Positions 1-9,407 of a DNA stretch of 64,000 bases are shown piece after piece. Position numbers and translations under genes: made by a program. This DNA comes from Fidelibacterota bacterium (GTDB lineage: Bacteria; Fidelibacterota; Marinisomatia; Marinisomatales; JAHJCW01). How positions within the stretch are numbered: position 1 is the first letter of the stretch; each line of letters starts with the position of its first letter. Under the pieces are notes generated by a model, which worked only from the letters and a program-made list of their open reading frames with translations, ran no database searches and had not been told where the DNA came from. The DNA lies in contig JBHPLN010000001.1 of assembly GCA_042564205.1 (NCBI GenBank), positions 13,626 through 77,625 of the forward strand, read 5' to 3'.

Positions 1-733
1 GTTTCCAGGTATCTTGCGTTTTATCTATTTTTTTTACACCTGAAATGCCGTGATCATTTTTCCAGTCTGCAATTAATGGTAGACCTAAAGTTTGAGGCCG
101 GTCCCGCATGAAAATCAGTATAATGATAGCGACTAAAATACAAAGCACTCCCGGCCCGATGAATCCGGCGCGCCAGCCCCATAAACTTACCAATGTGGCA
201 ATACCAACAAAGGTCAAGCCTTCACCGATTGAATGAGCGGTACTCCAAATACCATAATAGCGACCCCGTTCACCGATGCTAAACCACTGGGAGAGCGCAA
301 CAATTCCGGATGGTGCTCCAAAACCTTGAAACCAGCCATTTAATCCCCATAAAATCATCCATAATAATAATATCGTCGGAGAGAATCCCATAATCAAGTT
401 GATAAGAGCGGATACAAATACGCCCAGTGCAAAGAATTTCCTGATGTTGGCGTGATCCGCTAAAAAACCATTAGTGAGTTTACCAAATGCATAAGTGTAG
501 AAAATTGCCGATCCAATTACGCCCAAATCCTGGGCTGAGAAAATGCCGCTGTCAATCAGCGGTTTCTTTACTACCGAAAGCACCAGACGGCAAGTGTAAA
601 CGAAGCCATATCCGATCGTAATAACCAGCAGAACCTGTGTTCTGAGTCTTCGGTAAATATGATTTATTTCCTTTGTATCGGAAAGTGTTACTTGATCATC
701 ACCGGTCTTTAAGAATTGAAAAAGTTTTCTCAT
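1..733 (-). CDS. MFS transporter, organophosphate:Pi antiporter family (GlpT/UhpC-like); N-terminal part only, gene runs off the window
   Basis: Absent from the ORF track because it is open at the window edge. My translation from the ATG (complement of 731-733) reads MRKLFQFLKTGDD..RRLRTQVLLVITIGYGFVYTCR..GFLADHANIRKFF..LWGLNGWFQGFGAP.. with no stop down to position 1. These motifs parallel GlpT/UhpC TM1-TM5. Confidence 0.75.
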   Translation of the reverse strand, partial: MRKLFQFLKTGDDQVTLSDTKEINHIYRRLRTQVLLVITIGYGFVYTCRLVLSVVKKPLIDSGIFSAQDLGVIGSAIFYTYAFGKLTNGFLADHANIRKFFALGVFVSALINLIMGFSPTILLLWMILWGLNGWFQGFGAPSGIVALSQWFSIGERGRYYGIWSTAHSIGEGLTFVGIATLVSLWGWRAGFIGPGVLCILVAIIILIFMRDRPQTLGLPLIADWKNDHGISGVKKIDKTQDTWK

Positions 734-762
734 ATTATCTCCGCTAATTCCTTATAAGTTTA

Positions 763-1761
763 TCAATCATACTTTATCTTAATGGGTGTGTTCAATTCCA
801 TTGATTGTTTCGCTGCCAAGCCCACTTTCGTTGACATTAACCCATCGGCACCATCTACAAGTGGGTCACTATTGTTTTTTAACGCGTCGATAAATGCTCG
901 CATTTCATTCCAGAACGATGCCTTGTAGCGCTCTAAGAAAAAATAAAGCGGCTTTTCGGTTTGAACGCCCGCTGCGGTCATCAGCGTCGTTGTGGTTGCA
1001 ATATTATTTTCAGCAGTGATACTGCCCTTCGAACCAAAAGCTTCGATTCTTTGATCATAGCCATATACCGCCTGGCGACTATTATCGATAACGGCTAGTG
1101 CTCCGTTTTGCAATTTCAGCGTGGTCAAGGCGGTATCTACATCGCCGGCTTTCCCAATTGCATCATCAACTAGAACTACTCCTTTTGCAAACACCTCTTC
1201 GATTTCGCTCCCGGATAAAAATCGAACCATATCAAAATCATGGATAGCCATGTCAAGAAATAAGCCCCCTGAAGATTCGATATATTCCAGCGGTGGTGGT
1301 GCTGGGTCTCTCGCAATAATTTTTATAAGATGAAGGTCGCCAATAGCGCCCTCCAAGATTGATGATTTAATCTTGGCAAAATCCGGATCAAAACGCCTGT
1401 TAAAACCAATTTGTAGTTTTGTATTATTTTTATTAACTACATCCAAGACTTCGTTAATGACTTTAGGATCTAGCGCAATTGGCTTTTCACAGAAGACATG
1501 TTTGTGTGCCATTGCTGAATCTTTGATTTGCTTGGCGTGCAGTGTCGATGGTGAAAAAATAAGAACAGCATTGATTTGTTTGGATTGATAAATCTCAGAT
1601 GCACTGGTAACACTGAAAAGTCTCCTTTCCTCAACCCACGCTTTATCCAGTAGTGGATCGGTGACCATTGCAATATTCACATCTGGCATCTGTAATAAAT
1701 TATTTACATGCAGTTTTCCTATTCTACCCAGACCAATAACTCCTAACGTTAACTTGTTCAT
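763..1761 (-). CDS. Gfo/Idh/MocA family NAD(P)-dependent oxidoreductase (inositol 2-dehydrogenase-like)
   Basis: N-terminal Rossmann motif GVIGLGRIGKLH, EKP motif (FCEKPIAL) and GFNRRFD motif. Paralogous to the neighbouring ORF. Stop/start overlap with the upstream gene indicates an operon. Confidence 0.85.
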   Translation of the reverse strand: MNKLTLGVIGLGRIGKLHVNNLLQMPDVNIAMVTDPLLDKAWVEERRLFSVTSASEIYQSKQINAVLIFSPSTLHAKQIKDSAMAHKHVFCEKPIALDPKVINEVLDVVNKNNTKLQIGFNRRFDPDFAKIKSSILEGAIGDLHLIKIIARDPAPPPLEYIESSGGLFLDMAIHDFDMVRFLSGSEIEEVFAKGVVLVDDAIGKAGDVDTALTTLKLQNGALAVIDNSRQAVYGYDQRIEAFGSKGSITAENNIATTTTLMTAAGVQTEKPLYFFLERYKASFWNEMRAFIDALKNNSDPLVDGADGLMSTKVGLAAKQSMELNTPIKIKYD

Positions 1762-2765
1762 TGAATGATCCTCACTGGTAAGTTTGTAGCATACGATTCC
1801 TTTGCTGCCAGTGCTATCGATACAGCCTGCCTTGCATCATCACCCTTGACTGACGGCTCTGTTCCTTCATTCACGCACCGAAAAAAGTATTCCAATTCGC
1901 TCACATAGGCTTCGGCATAGCGCTCGATAAATGAATAAAACGGCATATCAAAATACACACCCGAGGATAAGCTCAGGGCGGTTTGCGTGGGCCGTGTGTT
2001 CTGTGCTCTGATGCTTCCCTTGGAACCAAAAACTTCAATCTGCTGATCATACCCATAATGCGTTTCTCTTGACACGTCAATTACTGCAATAGCGCCATTA
2101 CTTAATGTGAGCGTTAATACGGCCGTGTCAATATCGCCCAATGCCCCAATTTCTGGGTCAACGAGTACTGCTCCACTGGCAAAAACCTCTTCCACTTCGC
2201 TATCACAGAGATATCTTATTGTATCAAAATCATGAATGCAAAAATCCATGAATAATCCACCTGAATTGGGGATGAATTCAAGATCCGGGCGCTGTGGATC
2301 ACGGTTGGTAACTTTTATTATATGGGGCACACCAATCGATCCTTCTTCAATTGTTTTCTTAACTTTCTGAAAATCACGGTCAAACCGACGGTTAAAACCA
2401 ATCTGGAGAGCTACCTTGTTATCGGTTACCGATCTTATCGCTTTTTGAATATCTTTAGGTTCAAATGCGACTGGTTTTTCACAAAAAATAGCTTTCCCAG
2501 CTTGAGCGGCTAAGCAGATCATATCCACATGTGTGGATGAAGGTGTTGTGATTACAACGGCATCAATTTCTTGCGTGCTAAGTAATTCCTCAGGATTATC
2601 CAATACTTTTTGAATACCCAAATCCTGAGCCCAGCTATCATCAGGCTCAATATCGGCAACTGCCAGCAAATTGACCATTGGAATTCGTGTCACAATATTT
2701 TCGGCATGCATTTTCCCTATCCGCCCCGTACCGATCAACCCTACATTTATTTTTTTAACTGCCAT
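1758..2765 (-). CDS. Gfo/Idh/MocA family oxidoreductase (inositol 2-dehydrogenase-like)
   Basis: GLIGTGRIGKMH, FCEKPVAF and GFNRRFD motifs. I place the start at the internal ATG (MAVKKINVG) because AAGGGGG lies 6 nt upstream and it avoids overlap with the upstream gene. The track start is 2789. Confidence 0.85.
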   Translation of the reverse strand: MAVKKINVGLIGTGRIGKMHAENIVTRIPMVNLLAVADIEPDDSWAQDLGIQKVLDNPEELLSTQEIDAVVITTPSSTHVDMICLAAQAGKAIFCEKPVAFEPKDIQKAIRSVTDNKVALQIGFNRRFDRDFQKVKKTIEEGSIGVPHIIKVTNRDPQRPDLEFIPNSGGLFMDFCIHDFDTIRYLCDSEVEEVFASGAVLVDPEIGALGDIDTAVLTLTLSNGAIAVIDVSRETHYGYDQQIEVFGSKGSIRAQNTRPTQTALSLSSGVYFDMPFYSFIERYAEAYVSELEYFFRCVNEGTEPSVKGDDARQAVSIALAAKESYATNLPVRIIQ

Positions 2766-2775
2766 AGTAACCCCC

Positions 2776-3741
2776 TTATTTACTATCAATATTTTCCTGA
2801 GTGATCATTTCGATCTTTACCGGGATGTATCCCGCGAGGGCAGCACCCTCAATAACCTCATTTGCTTTGAGTATTGCCTCAAATCCCATTTCATAGGGAT
2901 GCTGCGCAATTGAACCATTCATTAATCCTGTTCGAATTGCTGCTCGCGCATCTGCAACAGCATCAAATCCAATGACTAGTATTTTATGCGCGGATTTTGA
3001 CACAGCTATTGCCTCAATCGCCCCTAGGGCCATCATATCATTGCAGGCAAACAAGGCTTGAACTTCAGGATTGGATTGCAGAATATTCTGAAATACGTTG
3101 AAACCCTGGTCACGCTCCCAGTTTGCTGTTTGTGAGGCGATAATTTCAATATCGGTATATTGATCAATGATTTCATGGAATCCTCGCAAACGCGCATCGC
3201 CGGTTTCATGTCCTGGGATTCCTTCCAGGATGGCGATTTTACCACGACCTTGCAATTGATCTGCAAAATATTTTCCAGCAATACGACCACCTTCAACGTT
3301 ATCTGAACCAATGAATGTTGCGATGGATGCCCCCAACTCTGCTAAGGTTGTTTCATCAATTCTGGTGTCAACTGCTAGCACTGGTATGTTGGCTCTATTC
3401 GCTTTTACAATGGCCGGGACAATTTCCCGTGAACCGCTGGGTGTCACGCAGATTGCGTCAACCTTTCTTTGAATTAAATTTTCAATGATCTGCATTTGTT
3501 TTTCAACATCGACTTCACGTTCAGCAGCTTGAACAATTAGTTTAATATTTAACTGTTCTGCGGCTGCTTCAGCTCCGCGCTGCATATCAATAAAAAAGGG
3601 ATTGTTAAGGGTTTTCATTACCAGTGCAATCGTCGCTGGATCGCTCTTTGACGGTGCGCCACGCTGGCAACTAAAGATTGTGCATAAACCTAGGGCAACT
3701 ATTACTATTTGAATAATTTTGAGATGTTTTGAATTACTCAT
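2776..3741 (-). CDS. Sugar ABC transporter periplasmic binding protein (ribose/RbsB-type PBP1), lipoprotein
   Basis: Signal peptide with lipobox (CTIFSC). Type-I periplasmic binding fold signatures (ALVMKTLNNPFF, GDARLRGF, FACNDMMALGA). Confidence 0.9.
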   Translation of the reverse strand: MSNSKHLKIIQIVIVALGLCTIFSCQRGAPSKSDPATIALVMKTLNNPFFIDMQRGAEAAAEQLNIKLIVQAAEREVDVEKQMQIIENLIQRKVDAICVTPSGSREIVPAIVKANRANIPVLAVDTRIDETTLAELGASIATFIGSDNVEGGRIAGKYFADQLQGRGKIAILEGIPGHETGDARLRGFHEIIDQYTDIEIIASQTANWERDQGFNVFQNILQSNPEVQALFACNDMMALGAIEAIAVSKSAHKILVIGFDAVADARAAIRTGLMNGSIAQHPYEMGFEAILKANEVIEGAALAGYIPVKIEMITQENIDSK

Positions 3742-4694
3742 TATCTGGATCCTCTGCGTTTAATGGTGGTATCAATCAAAACGGCAATGATTATCACAGC
3801 ACCAATAATGGTTTGTTGCAGAAAACTTGATACTCCTAAAAGATTTAGACCATTGCGCAGTACACCCATAATTAAAGCGCCAATTAAAGTCCCCACGATT
3901 CTTCCTTCGCCACCCATCAAACTAGTACCACCGATGACTGTTGCGGCAATGGCGTCCAATTCATACATCATCCCGGCAATCGGTTGGGCTGAATTCAGAC
4001 GCGCTGTCAGAATCACCGCTGCCAGACCACTTAGCATCCCACAAATGCCATATACGGCTGCTTTATACCGCGTAACGTTAATCCCTGAAAGTAGCGCTGC
4101 TTCTTCATTACCCCCGATTGCATATGTGTAGCAACCAAGCTTGGTGTGCGTTAATATGAAATGTGCGATTAGGTACACCAGAATCATTAAAATGACTGGA
4201 ACAGGTATGAACATAATTTCGCCCGTGGCAATTGAGCGGAAATTTAGATCAAAACCAGAGATGGGTCGCCCCTGTGTATACATCAAAGCCGCGCCGCGCG
4301 CGACACTCATCATACCCAAGGTGGCAATAAAAGGAGGCAATTTACCATAAGCGATTAAAGACCCATTGATGAGTCCGCATATAAGACCTACCCCCAATCC
4401 CAATATGATCGCTAAACTCATTGGTAAATCGGCCTCCAGCGCACTGGCCAGCACTACTCCTGAAAAAGCCACAATTGAACCAACCGACAAATCAATTCCA
4501 GCGGTAATTATCACAAAGGTAAGTCCAACTGCAATGATTGCGTTTATGGATGTTTGTTGAGCTATGTTAACCAGGTTTGGAACGGTTAAAAAATGCGGGG
4601 ATAGAACCCACATCACCAAGATCAGACCAATCAATCCAAACAACGTACCTAATTGACGGCCATAGCGGTGCATTATATCCTTAAGCCGCACCAT
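3741..4694 (-). CDS. Sugar ABC transporter permease (RbsC/AraH family)
   Basis: Polytopic membrane protein with GGIDLSVGS and IGG.SL.GG motifs typical of BPD_transp_2 sugar permeases. Translationally coupled to both neighbours. Confidence 0.9.
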   Translation of the reverse strand: MVRLKDIMHRYGRQLGTLFGLIGLILVMWVLSPHFLTVPNLVNIAQQTSINAIIAVGLTFVIITAGIDLSVGSIVAFSGVVLASALEADLPMSLAIILGLGVGLICGLINGSLIAYGKLPPFIATLGMMSVARGAALMYTQGRPISGFDLNFRSIATGEIMFIPVPVILMILVYLIAHFILTHTKLGCYTYAIGGNEEAALLSGINVTRYKAAVYGICGMLSGLAAVILTARLNSAQPIAGMMYELDAIAATVIGGTSLMGGEGRIVGTLIGALIMGVLRNGLNLLGVSSFLQQTIIGAVIIIAVLIDTTIKRRGSR

Positions 4695-6177
4695 ATTCTC
4701 CTAATGCAGTCTGCATTATTTCTTCCTGTGAGGTTTCATTTGGTCTGAATTCACCAACAATTGCACCTTGATGCATTACTAAAATTCGATTGCACATACC
4801 CAACAGTTCCGGGAGCTCTGAAGATATCATTAAAATTGCTGCACCCTCTTCCAGCAGCCTGTTCATTAGGTGATAAATTTCCACTTTGGAACCGATATCG
4901 ATTCCCCTTGTTGGTTCATCGAATATTAAGATATCGGCATCCGTGCATAAACATTTACTGATTACAATTTTTTGTTGATTGCCACCGCTAAGATATTGAA
5001 CGCTCTGATCTAAGCCGGTGGTCTTGATATGTAAATCTTTGATATAACGTTTTGCCGCTTGGCGTTCTTTGGCCCTATTTATAACACCCCATTTAGAAAG
5101 ATCAGATATACTTGCCAGGCAAATATTGTTTTTAACGGAAAGCTGCATAACCAGACCCTGGGTTTTACGATCTTCGGTTATAAAGCCAAGCCCCTGGTCA
5201 ATAGCTGTTTGCGGGGAATCTATGGTTGTATCTTTGCCATGAATCCTAATTTCACCTTGCTCGGGCTTTGCAATTCCATATATTGCATGCGCTAGTTTTG
5301 TTCTACCAGACCCTAATAGTCCCGCCACTCCTAAGATTTCTCCACGGTGCAATGAAAAATTTATATCATTCAGTTCTACTCCCAGCTGCAGGCCAGTGAT
5401 TTTAAGTACTTCTTCTTCAACCTTATTCGCGCGGGGCGGATAAATGTCAATTATATCGCGGGCCACCATCAATTTTATAAGCTTGTCGCTCGTAACAGTT
5501 CTAAGATTGTGGACACCAACATTTTGACCATCTCTGAGCACTGTTACCCAATCACCTATCTCGAATATTTCTTCTAGTCGATGAGAAATATATATAATCG
5601 ATACGCCTGAAGACTTTAACCTATCAATAACCTTAAAGAGCTGGGTGATTTCCGACTGCGTCAAGGCAGAGGTTGGTTCATCCATAATTAGGATCTCAGC
5701 ATTGAGTATAAGTGCCTTCGCCACCTCTATCATCTGTTGCTGAGCCACGCCCAAATTAGCGATATGTGTATCGCCATCAAGAACAATGCCCAATTGTTCT
5801 AAAACTTTTTGGGAAGTCTGCCGCATATTTACCCGGTCAATTGTCTTTAAGGGCGTTAGTTTTTCATGCCCTAATAGAATATTTTCATCGATGCTCATTT
5901 TTGGAATGAGGTTGAATTCTTGGTAAATTATACTCACTCCGTGGGCGATTGCATCTTGGGGATTATTGATTTCAACTGGAGCGCCATTAATATATATGTC
6001 ACCGCTATCCTTTTTATAAGCACCGCTAATTATTTTCACCAGGGTTGATTTTCCTGCTCCATTTTCACCAAGTAATGCATGAACGGTGCCCTTTTCTACT
6101 TTAAGATTGACAGCTTCAAGGGCTGGTACGCCATAGAAATTTTTTGATATATTTGTTAGTTCAATTGCACAATTCAT
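4681..6177 (-). CDS. Sugar ABC transporter ATP-binding protein, duplicated ABC domains (RbsA-like)
   Basis: Walker A GENGAGKST, signature LSGGNQQK and a second degenerate NBD. 498 aa is typical of CUT2 ATPases. Confidence 0.9.
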   Translation of the reverse strand: MNCAIELTNISKNFYGVPALEAVNLKVEKGTVHALLGENGAGKSTLVKIISGAYKKDSGDIYINGAPVEINNPQDAIAHGVSIIYQEFNLIPKMSIDENILLGHEKLTPLKTIDRVNMRQTSQKVLEQLGIVLDGDTHIANLGVAQQQMIEVAKALILNAEILIMDEPTSALTQSEITQLFKVIDRLKSSGVSIIYISHRLEEIFEIGDWVTVLRDGQNVGVHNLRTVTSDKLIKLMVARDIIDIYPPRANKVEEEVLKITGLQLGVELNDINFSLHRGEILGVAGLLGSGRTKLAHAIYGIAKPEQGEIRIHGKDTTIDSPQTAIDQGLGFITEDRKTQGLVMQLSVKNNICLASISDLSKWGVINRAKERQAAKRYIKDLHIKTTGLDQSVQYLSGGNQQKIVISKCLCTDADILIFDEPTRGIDIGSKVEIYHLMNRLLEEGAAILMISSELPELLGMCNRILVMHQGAIVGEFRPNETSQEEIMQTALGEYGAA

Positions 6178-6272
6178 ATCTAACGATCCCAGGAATTACG
6201 GCTATTGGACACGAAAGAAAATTATCTGATTCACTCAGCTAATACTCAAATTAAAAGCCACTTTTTCTGCGA

Positions 6273-7073
6273 TTACATTAGTGGTTTAATATTATCAATA
6301 ACTCTTTTGGCAGCTGTATCTGGGTCTGGATATGGTAATATTTCAGCAGATACGGTTCCTTGATACCTAATCTGTTTCAAGGTATTAAAGATTTTTTCAA
6401 AATCTAAATGCCCTGCCCCAGGAAACTGACGATTTGAATCGGCAATATGGACATAAAATAATTTCCGACCGGCCGCTTTAATACTATTATAGATGGATAC
6501 TTCTTCGATATTCATATGAAAAGTATCAAGCAGAAGTCCGACATTGTCCCTATCTAGTGCACGGATAAAATCTAAACCCTCTTGGGCCGTATTAATCATT
6601 TGGGCTTCATAACGATTACATGGTTCGATAGCTAATTTGACAGCTTTATCTACATCGGCGCATTCTTGCATAGCCTCAAGGAACCAGCGATCAGCTATTT
6701 CGCCAGCAACATCCTGATCAGGATTTCCCCTAATTAACCCAATAATAACAATGGCTCCAAATTGCTTTGCTAAATGAATCTGACTTTTGATTCGATTAAC
6801 TGCCTTTTCCCTAATGTTCTGATCCTTATTGGTAAATGATAACCCGTCTTCGCCAAATGCTTGGCCGGTCCCGATTGCAGTAACGCTTAGGCCATTATCT
6901 GAAAGCCAATCTTCCAAGCTTGGAAGATCTAGCAGTGCGGGATCCCGCACTGCTAGTTCAACACCAGTATACCCGAATGATTTTAATTTTCTCAAATTGG
7001 GCTTCAAGCTGCCTTGGTAAGCCAATGCAGAGAATCCTGTTGCTTGAGTTGATACTACAATGCTAAGCTGCAT
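6273..7073 (-). CDS. Sugar phosphate isomerase/epimerase, xylose-isomerase-like TIM barrel (IolO/IolE-like candidate)
   Basis: AP_endonuc_2-type pattern (GVELA.., IEPCNRYE, LLDTFHMNIEE, HIADSNR). Function inferred from context only. Confidence 0.75.
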   Translation of the reverse strand: MQLSIVVSTQATGFSALAYQGSLKPNLRKLKSFGYTGVELAVRDPALLDLPSLEDWLSDNGLSVTAIGTGQAFGEDGLSFTNKDQNIREKAVNRIKSQIHLAKQFGAIVIIGLIRGNPDQDVAGEIADRWFLEAMQECADVDKAVKLAIEPCNRYEAQMINTAQEGLDFIRALDRDNVGLLLDTFHMNIEEVSIYNSIKAAGRKLFYVHIADSNRQFPGAGHLDFEKIFNTLKQIRYQGTVSAEILPYPDPDTAAKRVIDNIKPLM

Positions 7074-7077
7074 TTAA

Positions 7078-8172
7078 TTACAATCCCATTTTTCGAATTG
7101 AATAAATTGGGCGCCAGCCTTCCGTGAATGGTTCTTTCAAATATGGCTTCATTTCCTCTTCTGTACGCATTGTGGTTTTTTCTATGGGCGGAACCGTGCC
7201 CGCTGGAAATGCTTCCAAGATCTCATCGTGCACTAAGGTTAAATAACTCAATATTGCCGCAATTGTACGTTTGGCTTTCTGAGCCTTGGCAATATTCGGT
7301 CGGCCAACAACACCTTCTGGGATTGATCCTAATTCAGTTGGGAAATGCCCTTGTCCTTCGGACCATTTGCTTGGCCTGGCAAATGGTTCCACAGCTTTAT
7401 CAAAGTGCCCTTCGGGCAAATAACCTTTTACTTCTGTCTCTTCGGCTAACGCCATTTCAACATACTCTGGTTCCAATAAAAGCATTACCGAAGTTTCCGC
7501 TTCATCGGCATGGACAAAATTATCATCCCAATCTCCGCCCCGTTCCTTCGTTCTGAAAAATTCGCGTACAGCTCGATGCCAGTCAATCACCCTAAAAATA
7601 CCTGGTAGATTCCAAGTTTTTTGCAGTTCCTGGATGGCTGCTTCAAGCAACCATTGATGACCATGATTATTTATCATTATCATTTTCCTAAATCCATCGT
7701 TCCATAAACCAACCATAACATCAATTAGTACTTTTTTTAATACTTCATCTTCTAAATGTATGGTTCCCGGCATTCCAATATGATGGTGGGGGTGTCCACC
7801 ATAATTGAGTGGAGTAAAAACAAGATTAACTGGAGCACCTTTTTTTGCTGTGAACCTTCTTACCCCTTCTAAAATCTGGGTCACCATAAATGTGTCTAGT
7901 GCTGTAACAGTGTGCCTACCGTGTAACTCAGTGCACCCAATAGGAATGAATACAATATCATTCTTTTTCCTGTTATCAACAACTTTCTGTCTAATTGTAT
8001 TTTGGACGTAAGAACCCGGTTTTCCAAGTTCCGAGGATGAGGGGATTCCGTAATCTTTAAGAATTTTTTCTATTTCAGAGTCGGAGGCTTCCCAAATCTG
8101 TTTTTTAAGTCTTCCTACTGATGTGTTTTCAAACCGCAGATCCTCACGGTCTGTTGCTAGCCAGTCGTTCAT
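7078..8172 (-). CDS. Creatininase-family metal-dependent hydrolase (IolN-like candidate)
   Basis: Creatininase family motifs IPIGCTELHGRH...D, NNHGHQ and HADEAETSVML. Confidence 0.75.
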   Translation of the reverse strand: MNDWLATDREDLRFENTSVGRLKKQIWEASDSEIEKILKDYGIPSSSELGKPGSYVQNTIRQKVVDNRKKNDIVFIPIGCTELHGRHTVTALDTFMVTQILEGVRRFTAKKGAPVNLVFTPLNYGGHPHHHIGMPGTIHLEDEVLKKVLIDVMVGLWNDGFRKMIMINNHGHQWLLEAAIQELQKTWNLPGIFRVIDWHRAVREFFRTKERGGDWDDNFVHADEAETSVMLLLEPEYVEMALAEETEVKGYLPEGHFDKAVEPFARPSKWSEGQGHFPTELGSIPEGVVGRPNIAKAQKAKRTIAAILSYLTLVHDEILEAFPAGTVPPIEKTTMRTEEEMKPYLKEPFTEGWRPIYSIRKMGL

Positions 8173-8188
8173 TTAAAATCTCCTTTAT

Positions 8189-9376
8189 CTATTCGAAATT
8201 CTTAATAGTGATTTTTACTTCGTTTCTATCTGTCTGTAACATTTTTAGATTATCCCCCACTTCATCCAAAGAGATTCGTTTTGTAATCATAGGTGATACA
8301 TCCATTCCAGTTGCCATGCATTGGATAACATTTGGAAATGTTCCATGTCCGGAGTGTCCTTGAGATCCAACAACACTGGCTCTTCGAACCTGAAGAACTT
8401 CACCGTTTAATGGAATCTTGTCGTCCGCCCGCGCTACGACTACAACACTTGTATTTAGTGCTTTGCCTTCCCAAATAATTTTCTCAACATCTGACCAAAC
8501 AACACTGGGTAATCCGGTTGCCTCAAGAATAATTCCCGCTCCCACGCCATTTGTAATATCTAAAACAGTATCGCCCACATCTACAGCCATTGGATCTATT
8601 GCATGTGTGGCACCCATATCTAAAGCCATTTGTCTTCTAGATTCAGATGGTTCCGAAAGGATTACTGCTGCTGCCCCTTGTCGCTTCAATATAGCACAGG
8701 CTGCTGCTCCAATAGGACCACCGCCAAGAATGACAACATTTTCACCTGGTCTAATTCCACCACCTCGTTCGATAACTGCATTATACGCTACCGAGGTGGG
8801 TTCAACAAGACTCCCCAGTTCGTACATTTTATCTGCTCCGAAAAGTTCACCAATACCGTCAATGCTCCAACAGTAGCGTGCATCAACCTTTATATATTTA
8901 GCATATGCACCGTCAGTTGAAAAACCCAATTCTTCTAATTTTTCACAATGATTTGGAAAACCATCTGAGCAAGGTTTACACGTAGCACACCAAATCATTT
9001 CCTCGGCACAAACCGATTCGCCTTTTTTAAAAGCTTTTCCTGTGGCTTTATTGAAGGCATCTTCTCCCGCTTCTACGATAACACCGGAAAACTCGTGACC
9101 CAATGTTGCTGGAAATGCTGTTAATCCTGGATAAAAGATGTACCCATCATCATCGGCTTGACGCATATGAACATCACTCCCGCAAATTCCACAGGATTTG
9201 ACTTCGACTAATACTTCCGTTGGACCAGGCTTTGGTATATCTTTTTCTGAAATTTCAATTTGTGGATTTCGCCAAACTTTACTTCCGAGATAGGTTAATT
9301 TGCCATCGATGTCTTTGGAACCTAATTTGAATCCTGGGCGTGGATCCCAATCTGCACTAAGAACTACTGCTCTCAT
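8189..9376 (-). CDS. Zinc-dependent alcohol/polyol dehydrogenase (MDR family; IolM-like candidate)
   Basis: GICGSDVHM and GHEFSGVIVEAG zinc-ADH motifs. GGGPIGAAA Rossmann motif. Confidence 0.85.
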   Translation of the reverse strand: MRAVVLSADWDPRPGFKLGSKDIDGKLTYLGSKVWRNPQIEISEKDIPKPGPTEVLVEVKSCGICGSDVHMRQADDDGYIFYPGLTAFPATLGHEFSGVIVEAGEDAFNKATGKAFKKGESVCAEEMIWCATCKPCSDGFPNHCEKLEELGFSTDGAYAKYIKVDARYCWSIDGIGELFGADKMYELGSLVEPTSVAYNAVIERGGGIRPGENVVILGGGPIGAAACAILKRQGAAAVILSEPSESRRQMALDMGATHAIDPMAVDVGDTVLDITNGVGAGIILEATGLPSVVWSDVEKIIWEGKALNTSVVVVARADDKIPLNGEVLQVRRASVVGSQGHSGHGTFPNVIQCMATGMDVSPMITKRISLDEVGDNLKMLQTDRNEVKITIKNFE

Positions 9377-9407
9377 AAGAGTTTCCCCCTTATTTATTAT
9401 TATTTAG

